A stretch of DNA of 64,000 nt from an uncultured Actinomycetes bacterium (GTDB lineage Bacteria; Actinomycetota; UBA4738; HRBIN12), in assembly GCA_963704725.1 (NCBI GenBank), contig OY969934.1:2848001-2912000 (forward strand). The letters run 5' to 3'. Positions 57,210-64,000 of the stretch are shown here, in pieces (positions within the stretch are counted from its first letter, which is position 1; every line of letters begins with the position of its first letter). Made by a program: the position numbers and the translations under genes. The notes under the pieces were generated by a model. It was not told the DNA's origin, ran no database searches, and saw only the letters and a program-made list of their open reading frames with translations.

Positions 57210-57428
57210 TCACTTGTAGCGGTACACGATCCTGCCGCGCGAGAGATCGTACGGCGACAGCTCCACCAGCACCCGGTCCCCGGGCAGGATCCGGATGTAG
57301 TGCATCCGCATCTTGCCGGAGATGTGCGCCAGCACGTTGTGCCCGTTCTCGAGCTGCACCCGGAACATCGCGTTGGGGAGCGGCTCGGTCACCGTTCCCT
57401 CGACCTCGATCGCGTCCTTCTTCGGCAA
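57210..57428 (-). CDS. infA: Translation initiation factor IF-1
   Basis: [25 protein letters not shown]. Confidence 0.98.
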   Translation of the reverse strand: MPKKDAIEVEGTVTEPLPNAMFRVQLENGHNVLAHISGKMRMHYIRILPGDRVLVELSPYDLSRGRIVYRYK

Positions 57429-57581
57429 GCTCCGGCTGTTTCCTCGTCATGGGCACGCCCGACCCACCCGCGGGCGAGCCGGAACCGCCACCGGACGATG
57501 GCGGACCTGCAGTATAGGGCGGAAGGACCAAACCGTCCATGAGCAGGGCGAACGGGCTCTGAGCTGGGTGTTCGACCTCGC

Positions 57582-58259
57582 CTAGGAGGGATCGCCCGAG
57601 GCGCCCGGTGAGGGATCGCTCGACGGGGGCGCGCTCGGCTGCGGGGCGGGGGGAACCTTCCCCACCGGCTCCTCCAGGACGATCACCCTGGGCTGACCCG
57701 GCTCGTCGGGCACCGCCGCATCGAGCTCCCGGAGCGAGGCCCGCATGCGGTCGCGCAGCTCGCGAACGTCACTCATCGTGGACGCGCGCAGGGTCTCGAC
57801 CTGCTCGCGGATGCGAGCCGCCTCCTCCCGCGCCTCGGCGAGCATCCGCTCGGCCTGGCCCCGGGACTGGTCCGCGACCGACTGCGCGTCCATCCGCATC
57901 CGGGCGGCCTCGGTCCTGGCCTCTGCGAGCAGGCCGGTCGCCTCCAGGTCGGCCATGCGCCGCTGCCGCTCGATCTCCTCGTCGAACCCCCGGACGAGGT
58001 CCACCACGTGCTGCGAGACGCCCTCGAGCGGATCCCGGCGGGCGGTGGCGGCCGACTCCACGCTCTGCCGGGCGTCGGCGAGCTCACCCACGGCGCGGGC
58101 CAGGCGCGCCTCCAGCTCCCGCATGCGCTCCTCCCCGCGCTTCAGATGCTCCCGGACCTGGTCGGGGCTGTACCCCCGACGCACGAGATCGAAGGAAGGC
58201 TCGGCCTGAGCGGGCGGCGGTCCCGCCGCCCCGGCGAGCTCGGGCTGCTCAACGGCCAT
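57582..58259 (-). CDS. DivIVA-domain coiled-coil protein
   Basis: FDLVRRGYSPDQV motif followed by coiled coils; Pro-rich C-terminus. Confidence 0.7.
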   Translation of the reverse strand: MAVEQPELAGAAGPPPAQAEPSFDLVRRGYSPDQVREHLKRGEERMRELEARLARAVGELADARQSVESAATARRDPLEGVSQHVVDLVRGFDEEIERQRRMADLEATGLLAEARTEAARMRMDAQSVADQSRGQAERMLAEAREEAARIREQVETLRASTMSDVRELRDRMRASLRELDAAVPDEPGQPRVIVLEEPVGKVPPAPQPSAPPSSDPSPGASGDPS

Positions 58260-58383
58260 GGTTCCCCTGTCCGGACGGGCGGTCGGAGTCGCCCTCCCGG
58301 CAGGCAACGTACCCCCTTCGGGCGACCCCCGGCACGTGCCGAAAGGCGGTTTTCTGTGCGTACGGGCCGGCGAAGGTCGGTGC

Positions 58384-59157
58384 CTAGCCTCGCGCGGTCA
58401 AGATCTCGTGCCCGTCCTCGGTCACCGCGATCGTGTGCTCGAAGTGGGCGGAGAGCGACCCGTCCTCGGTGACGACCGTCCAGTCGTCGGCGAGCACCCG
58501 GGTGGACCAGTCGCCGACGTTGACCATGGGCTCGACGGCCACGACCAGGCCGGGCTTGAGTGGAACGCCGCGGCCCGGCTTTCCGTAGTTGGGGATCTGG
58601 GGGTCCTCGTGCATGGCCCGGCCGATCCCGTGGCCGACGTACTCGCGCACGACCGAGAAGCCGGCTCCCTCGGCGACCTGCTGGACGGCCGCCCCGATGT
58701 CCGACAGGCGGGCGCCGGGCCGGATCTGCGAGATCCCCGCCTCGAGCGCGTCCTCGGTCACGCGCACGAGCTTCTCCGCCTCGGCCGACGGGGGGTCGCC
58801 GACGATCACCGTGACCGCCGAGTCGGCGTGGAACCCCTCCCAGATCGCCCCGAAGTCGAGCGACAGGATGTCGCCCTCGGCCACCACGCGCTTGGGCGAG
58901 GGGATCCCGTGGACGATCTCCTCGTTCAGCGAGGTGCAGATCACCGCGGGGAACGCCTTGCGCGTCGACGAGCCGCCATAGCCCAGGAACGAGGGCTTGG
59001 CGCCCTGCTCGCGGATGTACGCGTCGGCGACCGCGTCGAGCTCGGCGGTCGTCACGCCCGGCTTCACGGCGCCGACGACGCGGTCGATCGTCCCGCCGAC
59101 GATGCGCCCCGCTCGGCGCATCTTGTCGATCTCGTCGCGCGACTTGTAGATGATCAT
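58384..59157 (-). CDS. map: Methionine aminopeptidase type I
   Basis: VHGIP, DFG, HADSA, GHGIG, MHEDP, EPM, AHFEHT. Confidence 0.97.
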   Translation of the reverse strand: MIIYKSRDEIDKMRRAGRIVGGTIDRVVGAVKPGVTTAELDAVADAYIREQGAKPSFLGYGGSSTRKAFPAVICTSLNEEIVHGIPSPKRVVAEGDILSLDFGAIWEGFHADSAVTVIVGDPPSAEAEKLVRVTEDALEAGISQIRPGARLSDIGAAVQQVAEGAGFSVVREYVGHGIGRAMHEDPQIPNYGKPGRGVPLKPGLVVAVEPMVNVGDWSTRVLADDWTVVTEDGSLSAHFEHTIAVTEDGHEILTARG

Positions 59158-59816
59158 CCGTACTCCTCGGTGAGGTCCGCGATCGCCTCGACCGTTCGGT
59201 CGGCGACGACCTCCTCGGCGGCCTCGGAGTCGATGTCCCGCAGGAGCCCGCGCTCCCAGAAGTACAGGACGAGGGGCTTGGTCTCGTTGTGGTAGACCTC
59301 GAGGCGACGCTGGATCGTCGCCTCGTCGTCGTCGCTCCGGCTCTTCAACTCGTGCCCGCAGACGTCGCAGATCCCCTCGACGCGGGGAGGTTTGAATTCG
59401 AGGTTGTAGCTGCGCTTGCAGTTGGGGCACACCAGCCGGGCGGTGAGGCGCTTGAGCGCGACCGCGTCGGAGATCTTGAAGTTCAGCACGGCCTCCAGGG
59501 GCCGGCCGGCCGCCGCGAGCGCGAGCTCCAGCGACTGCGCCTGCGGGACCGTCCGCGGGTAGCCGTCGAGGATGAACCCCTCGTGCGCATCGGGCTGGCC
59601 GAGCCGGGCCAGGACCATCTTCGTCGTGATCTCGTCGGGGACGTACTCGCCGCGGTCCACGTACTCCTTGGCGCGCATGCCGAGCTCCGTCCCCCGGGAG
59701 ATCTGTTCGCGGAAGATGTCGCCCGTCGAGATCCAGGTGAGCCCGTACCGCTCGACCAACCGCTTGGCCTGCGTCCCCTTCCCCGCGCCCGGAGGGCCGA
59801 GCAGGATGATCCGCAC
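59154..59816 (-). CDS. adk: Adenylate kinase (Zn-lid)
   Basis: GPPGAGKGTQ, STGD, LDGYPR, CxxC...CxxC lid. Confidence 0.97.
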   Translation of the reverse strand: MRIILLGPPGAGKGTQAKRLVERYGLTWISTGDIFREQISRGTELGMRAKEYVDRGEYVPDEITTKMVLARLGQPDAHEGFILDGYPRTVPQAQSLELALAAAGRPLEAVLNFKISDAVALKRLTARLVCPNCKRSYNLEFKPPRVEGICDVCGHELKSRSDDDEATIQRRLEVYHNETKPLVLYFWERGLLRDIDSEAAEEVVADRTVEAIADLTEEYG

Positions 59817-59825
59817 GGGGCCCCC

Positions 59826-61121
59826 CTAGCTCAGGAATCCCTCGTAGTGCCGCATGAGCAGCTGGGACTCGAGCTGCTTCATGGTCTCGAGCGCGACGCC
59901 CACGGTGATGAGCAGCGACGTGCCTCCGAACGGGAACTGGCCCACCGGCAGGAAGTACGCGAAGAAGATCGCCGGCAGGAGCGCGATCGTCGCCAGGAAG
60001 ATCGAGCCCGGCAGCGTGATCCGGTTCAGGACGAAGCTCAGGTAGTCGGCCGTGGGTGGACCCGGCCGGATCCCGGGGACGAACCCGCCGTACTTGCGGA
60101 GGTTGTCCGCGGTATCGACCGGGTTGAACGCGATCGCCGTGTAGAAGTAGGCGAAGAAGACCACCAGCAGGCCGTAGAACGCCATGTACACGAGGCTTCG
60201 CGTGTTGACCACGTAGTTGTTGACGAAGTTCGTGAACCACGCCGCGTGGTAGACGCTGACGAGCAGCGTCGGGAAGTACAGCAGCGAGCTGGCGAAGATG
60301 ATGGGGATGACGCCGGCCTGGTTGACCTTGAGCGGGATGTACGTGCTGCCGCCGGTGGTCATCCTCCGGCCGACGACCCGTTTCGCGTACTGGACGGGGA
60401 TCCTCCGTTGTCCCTGCTCGACGAAGATGACCCCCACGATGATGGCCATCCCGATCACCAGGATCGTGACGAACTTGGGCCCGCCGCCGGACAGGAGGAT
60501 CGCGTGCCCCTCCTGCGGCAGCCGAGAGATCACGCTCGCGAAGATGAGGATCGACATGCCGTTGCCGATCCCGCGCTGCGTGATGAGCTCGCCCATCCAC
60601 ATGATCATCGCGGTGCCGGCCGTCATGACCAGCACGATGAGCGCGATGTTCGGCGCGGTGAACGCGCCCGCGGGGAAGATGTCGATCCGCAGGCCCTGCG
60701 AGCTGTTTGGGTTGTGGAACAGGAACACCAGACCGGTGGATTGCAGCAGCGCCAAGACCACCGTCACGTAGCGCGTCCACTGGTTGATCTTCTTGGTGCC
60801 CTGCTCCCCCTCCTTCTGCCACGCCTCGAGCTTGGGGATCACCACGGTCAGGAGCTGCATGATGATCGAGGACGTGATGTAGGGCATGATCCCCAGCCCG
60901 AACACCGCCATCCGGGTGAGCGCGCCCCCCGAGAACAGGTTGATGAAGTCGAGGAAGCCGCCCGCACCCTGGTTCTGCAGCGCGTTCTGCAGGATGTTGA
61001 TGTCCACCACGGGGACCGGCACGTGGGAGCCGAGCCGGTACATCGCGATGATGAACAGCGTGAAGAAGATCTTGTTCCGGAGGTCCGGGACCTTGAACGC
61101 GTTGACGAAGGCTCGGAGCAC
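59826..61121 (-). CDS. secY: Preprotein translocase SecY
   Basis: GIMPYITSSII, GIGNGMS, AGVIPIIFAS, PGIRPG, GGTSLLI. Confidence 0.98.
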   Translation of the reverse strand: MLRAFVNAFKVPDLRNKIFFTLFIIAMYRLGSHVPVPVVDINILQNALQNQGAGGFLDFINLFSGGALTRMAVFGLGIMPYITSSIIMQLLTVVIPKLEAWQKEGEQGTKKINQWTRYVTVVLALLQSTGLVFLFHNPNSSQGLRIDIFPAGAFTAPNIALIVLVMTAGTAMIMWMGELITQRGIGNGMSILIFASVISRLPQEGHAILLSGGGPKFVTILVIGMAIIVGVIFVEQGQRRIPVQYAKRVVGRRMTTGGSTYIPLKVNQAGVIPIIFASSLLYFPTLLVSVYHAAWFTNFVNNYVVNTRSLVYMAFYGLLVVFFAYFYTAIAFNPVDTADNLRKYGGFVPGIRPGPPTADYLSFVLNRITLPGSIFLATIALLPAIFFAYFLPVGQFPFGGTSLLITVGVALETMKQLESQLLMRHYEGFLS

Positions 61122-61133
61122 GAGGTCCCTATC

Positions 61134-61580
61134 CTACGCCCGCTCGGCGATGACCTCGGCGGTGCCCCCGGCGGCCTCGATCTTCGCCCTGGCGGCCTCG
61201 GAGAAGGCGTGTGCGCGGACCGTGAGCGCGGCCTGCAGCTCGCCCCGGGCCAGGATCTTCACCGGCCGACCCTTCCGCACGAGCCCGCGCTCGTAGAGGG
61301 AGGCCGGATCGACCTCGCCGCGCTCGAACACCTTGCCGAGCGTCTCCACGTTCACGACCGCGTACTCGACGCGGTTGGGGTTGGTGAAGCCGTTCATCTT
61401 CGGCACGCGGCGCTGGAGCGGCATCTGGCCGCCCTCGAACCCGGGCTTGGGGTTGTGGCGGGCGCCCCAGCCCTTGGTGCCCCGGCCCGCGGTCTTGCCG
61501 CCGGCGCCGGCCCGGCCGCGCCCGACGCGCTTGCGGTCGCGCTTGGCCCCCTCGGCTGGCTTGAGATGATGGAGCTTCAC
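61134..61580 (-). CDS. rplO: 50S ribosomal protein L15
   Basis: [18 protein letters not shown]. Confidence 0.98.
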   Translation of the reverse strand: MKLHHLKPAEGAKRDRKRVGRGRAGAGGKTAGRGTKGWGARHNPKPGFEGGQMPLQRRVPKMNGFTNPNRVEYAVVNVETLGKVFERGEVDPASLYERGLVRKGRPVKILARGELQAALTVRAHAFSEAARAKIEAAGGTAEVIAERA

Positions 61581-61765
61581 GATCCCTCGACCTCCTCCAC
61601 CGTCACCAGGTGGATGACCTTGCCGATCATGCCTCGCACGGCCGGGCTGTCGTCCTTGACCACGGAGTCGCGGATGCGGTGCAGCCCCAGCCGGCGGACG
61701 GTGTCCTTCTGGTCCTTCGGCCGATCGATCACGCTGCGAACCTGGGTCACCCGGAGCTTGGTCAT
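61577..61765 (-). CDS. rpmD: 50S ribosomal protein L30
   Basis: [11 protein letters not shown]...LGL...[11 protein letters not shown]. Confidence 0.96.
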   Translation of the reverse strand: MTKLRVTQVRSVIDRPKDQKDTVRRLGLHRIRDSVVKDDSPAVRGMIGKVIHLVTVEEVEGS

Positions 61766-62409
61766 CGCCGGCCTCCTCGCGGGCCGGAGGGCGGGCGCGT
61801 GTCCGGGGAGGCTCCGGCCTGGTCGCCGTAGACCTCCTCGAGCTTGGCGGCGCGCGTCGCCGACAGCCGCGCCTGGGCGGCGGCCACGGCCTCGAGCATC
61901 GGCCGGGGGGCCACGTCCCGGAGCTCGCGGCCGCGCAGGCGGGCCACCTCCTCGGGGCGCTTCAGGCTCTTCAGGCCGGCCATGGCCGCCTTGACGATAT
62001 TGATGCCGTTGGAGGACCCCAGCGACTTCGACAGGATGTCCTTGATGCCGGCGCACTCGACGAGCGCCCGGACCGGGCCCCCGGCGATCACGCCGGTGCC
62101 CGGGGCGGCAGGCTTCAGCAGGACGACGCCGGCTCCGTCCTCGCCGGTCACCTGGTGCGGGATCGTGGTGCCCATCATCGGCACCTCGAACATCTTGCGC
62201 TTGGCCTCCTCAACGCCCTTGGCGATCGCCGCGGGCACCTCCTTGGCCTTGCCGTAGCCCAGGCCGACCCTGCCGGCCCCGTCGCCGACGACGACGAGCG
62301 CGGCGAACGAGAAGCGGCGGCCGCCCTTGACGACCTTGGCCACGCGGTTGATCGCGATGACCCGCTCCTCGTAGATGCTCTTCTCGCTCTGGTTGTCGTA
62401 TCGGCGCAT
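61762..62409 (-). CDS. rpsE: 30S ribosomal protein S5
   Basis: [21 protein letters not shown]. Confidence 0.98.
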   Translation of the reverse strand: MRRYDNQSEKSIYEERVIAINRVAKVVKGGRRFSFAALVVVGDGAGRVGLGYGKAKEVPAAIAKGVEEAKRKMFEVPMMGTTIPHQVTGEDGAGVVLLKPAAPGTGVIAGGPVRALVECAGIKDILSKSLGSSNGINIVKAAMAGLKSLKRPEEVARLRGRELRDVAPRPMLEAVAAAQARLSATRAAKLEEVYGDQAGASPDTRPPSGPRGGRR

Positions 62410-62765
62410 CAGATGTGCAGTCCCTTCTCGCGCGCTCCCTCGGCGAGCGCGGCCACGCGCCCGTGGAACAGCCGGCCCCCGCGGTCGAACACCACCCGGT
62501 CGATCCCCGACGCCTTGGCCCGCTCGGCGATCAGCGCGCCGACCGCCTTGGCCGCCTCGGTCTTGCCGTCGCCGCCGCCTTCGACCTCGCGGTCGGAGGC
62601 CGACGCGATGGTCCGGGCGGCGTCGTCGTCGATCAGCTGGACGTAGATGTGCCGGTTGGAGCGGTACACGGCCAGGCGGGGGCGCTCGGCGGTCCCGGCG
62701 ATCTTGCGCCGGACCCGGACGTGGCGCCGCACGCGTGCCCGGCGTTTGGTCTTGGCTTCCATCAC
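62409..62765 (-). CDS. rplR: 50S ribosomal protein L18
   Basis: [18 protein letters not shown]. Confidence 0.97.
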   Translation of the reverse strand: MMEAKTKRRARVRRHVRVRRKIAGTAERPRLAVYRSNRHIYVQLIDDDAARTIASASDREVEGGGDGKTEAAKAVGALIAERAKASGIDRVVFDRGGRLFHGRVAALAEGAREKGLHI

Positions 62766-63310
62766 GCGCTGCCCTTCGCGGCCTTGCCGGCCTTCTTCCG
62801 GACGTACTCGTTCTCGTACCGGATGCCCTTGCCCTTGTACGGCTCGGGCTTGCGGATCTTCCGGATGTTGGCGGCCACCTCGCCGACCTGCTGCTTGTCG
62901 TTGCCGCGCACCACGATGGACGTGGCGCTCGGCGTCTCGAACTCGATCCCCGCCGGCGCCGGCACGAGCACCGGATGCGAGTACCCCACCTGGACCTCGA
63001 GGTCCGAGCCCTTCATGGCGGCTCGGTAGCCCACGCCCACGATGGCCAGGCGCTTCTCGTAGCCCTTGGTGACCCCCTCGACCATGTTGGCGATCAGGGT
63101 CCTCGTGAGGCCGTGGAGGCTGCGGTGCATCCCCTCGTCGCTCGGCCGCTCGACCCGGATCGTGGCGTCCTGCTTGACGATCCGCATCTCCGGATGCAGG
63201 CGCTGGACCAGGGTCCCCCGCGGGCCCTTCACGGTCACGACGGCGTCCTCGCCGACCTGCACGTCGACGCCACTCGGGATCTCGATGGGCTGCTTCCCGA
63301 TCCGACTCAC
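62762..63310 (-). CDS. rplF: 50S ribosomal protein L6
   Basis: [19 protein letters not shown]. Confidence 0.98.
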   Translation of the reverse strand: MSRIGKQPIEIPSGVDVQVGEDAVVTVKGPRGTLVQRLHPEMRIVKQDATIRVERPSDEGMHRSLHGLTRTLIANMVEGVTKGYEKRLAIVGVGYRAAMKGSDLEVQVGYSHPVLVPAPAGIEFETPSATSIVVRGNDKQQVGEVAANIRKIRKPEPYKGKGIRYENEYVRKKAGKAAKGSA

Positions 63311-63323
63311 CCTGCTCTACCCC

Positions 63324-63716
63324 TCACCACACGTAGGCCAGGACCTCGCCGCCGATCCCCTTGCGGGAGGCGTCGCGGTCCGTCATCACACCCTGCGACG
63401 TCGAGACGATCGCGATCCCCAGCCCCCCCAGCACCCTGGGGAGACCGTCGCGCCTGGCGTACAGCCGCCGTCCCGGCGTGCTCACGCGCTTCAGCCCGGT
63501 GATCGTGCGCTCGCGCTTGGGGCTGTACTTCAGCGTCACGCGGAGCACGCGCTCGATGCCCTCGCCCTCGGGGGCGTACGAGGCGATGAAGCCCTCGGTC
63601 TGCAGGATCTTCAGGACCGCGTCGTTCATCTTCGACGCCGGCACCAGCAGGTCGTCCTTGTACGCGAGGTTGGCGTTGCGGATCCGCGTCAGCAGATCGG
63701 CGATCGGATCCGTCAC
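63324..63716 (-). CDS. rpsH: 30S ribosomal protein S8
   Basis: [24 protein letters not shown]; alternative ATG at 63737. Confidence 0.97.
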   Translation of the reverse strand: MTDPIADLLTRIRNANLAYKDDLLVPASKMNDAVLKILQTEGFIASYAPEGEGIERVLRVTLKYSPKRERTITGLKRVSTPGRRLYARRDGLPRVLGGLGIAIVSTSQGVMTDRDASRKGIGGEVLAYVW

Positions 63717-63730
63717 GTTGGTCGCGAGCC

Positions 63731-63916
63731 TCACCATGACGCCTTCGTCACCCCCGGCAGCTCGCCGGCGTGCGCCAGCTCGCGGAAGCAGATCCGGCAC
63801 AGCAGGAACTTGCGGTACACGGCCCTGGGGCGCCCGCACCGGGCGCACCGGGTGTACTCGCGCACCTTGAACTTGCCCTGTCGCTGCTGCTTGTTGATCA
63901 GCGTCTTCTTCGCCAT
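63731..63916 (-). CDS. rpsN: 30S ribosomal protein S14 type Z
   Basis: [23 protein letters not shown]. Confidence 0.97.
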   Translation of the reverse strand: MAKKTLINKQQRQGKFKVREYTRCARCGRPRAVYRKFLLCRICFRELAHAGELPGVTKASW

Positions 63917-63928
63917 ACGTCGTCTCCG

Positions 63929-64000
63929 TCAGGACGCGGCCGCCGTCACCACCGGGATCCCCTCGAACGGGAACCCCAGCGCGACGAGCAGCGCCCGACC
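63929..64000 (-). CDS. rplE: 50S ribosomal protein L5, C-terminal fragment
   Basis: [14 protein letters not shown]...; located upstream of rpsN. Confidence 0.85.
   Translation of the reverse strand, partial: GRALLVALGFPFEGIPVVTAAAS

Noticed and set aside
75-63870. Numerous long plus-strand and alternative-frame ORFs in the track
   Set aside because: They are Arg/Pro/Gly-rich shadows of real minus-strand genes in high-GC DNA. Only the two BldD-like genes and the DUF2007 gene were accepted on the plus strand.
1-64000. tRNA, rRNA, integrase or transposase
   Set aside because: None was recognised, and the accessory insertions show no evident att sites or terminal repeats.

Overview
High-GC actinobacterial chromosome segment with almost all genes on the minus strand. 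The right half (30.2-64 kb) is conserved core: the end of the spc and alpha ribosomal operons (rplE to rplQ, secY, adk, map, infA, rpoA), truA, rplM-rpsI, glmM, glmS, acpS, nnr, alr, tsaE-tsaB-rimI-tsaD and a GalE-like epimerase. It is interrupted by accessory genes: arsR-arsM, satP, a DivIVA-like gene, and a GH26 plus giant PKD surface-protein pair with a switch-like 5' leader. The left half (1-30.2 kb) is a roughly 30 kb, tightly coupled surface-glycan locus truncated at the window edge. It encodes GT2 and GT4 glycosyltransferases, Wzy/WaaL-like membrane proteins, Wzm/Wzt, a Wzc-like probable pseudokinase, CapD, a UDP-HexNAc dehydrogenase, a deacetylase and two sulfotransferases. Two unexpected modules are embedded in it. 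(i) A PltF/PltL/PltE-type prolyl adenylation enzyme, carrier protein and prolyl-PCP dehydrogenase cassette (pyrrole-2-carbonyl biosynthesis) has no PKS or NRPS to receive the product in this window, but a tandem GNAT lies among the glycosyltransferases. (ii) Three standalone PqqD/RRE proteins, a P-loop-less HprK-like protein, a nucleotidyltransferase and a hidden 23-aa coupled ORF are present without any RiPP maturase in the window. The locus is headed by a histidine kinase, three LuxR regulators, a sigma-4-only HTH protein and a divergent tandem pair of BldD-like regulators. Leading hypothesis: a sulfated, pyrrolyl-acylated extracellular glycan. All family calls were made by eye from motifs; no searches were run.
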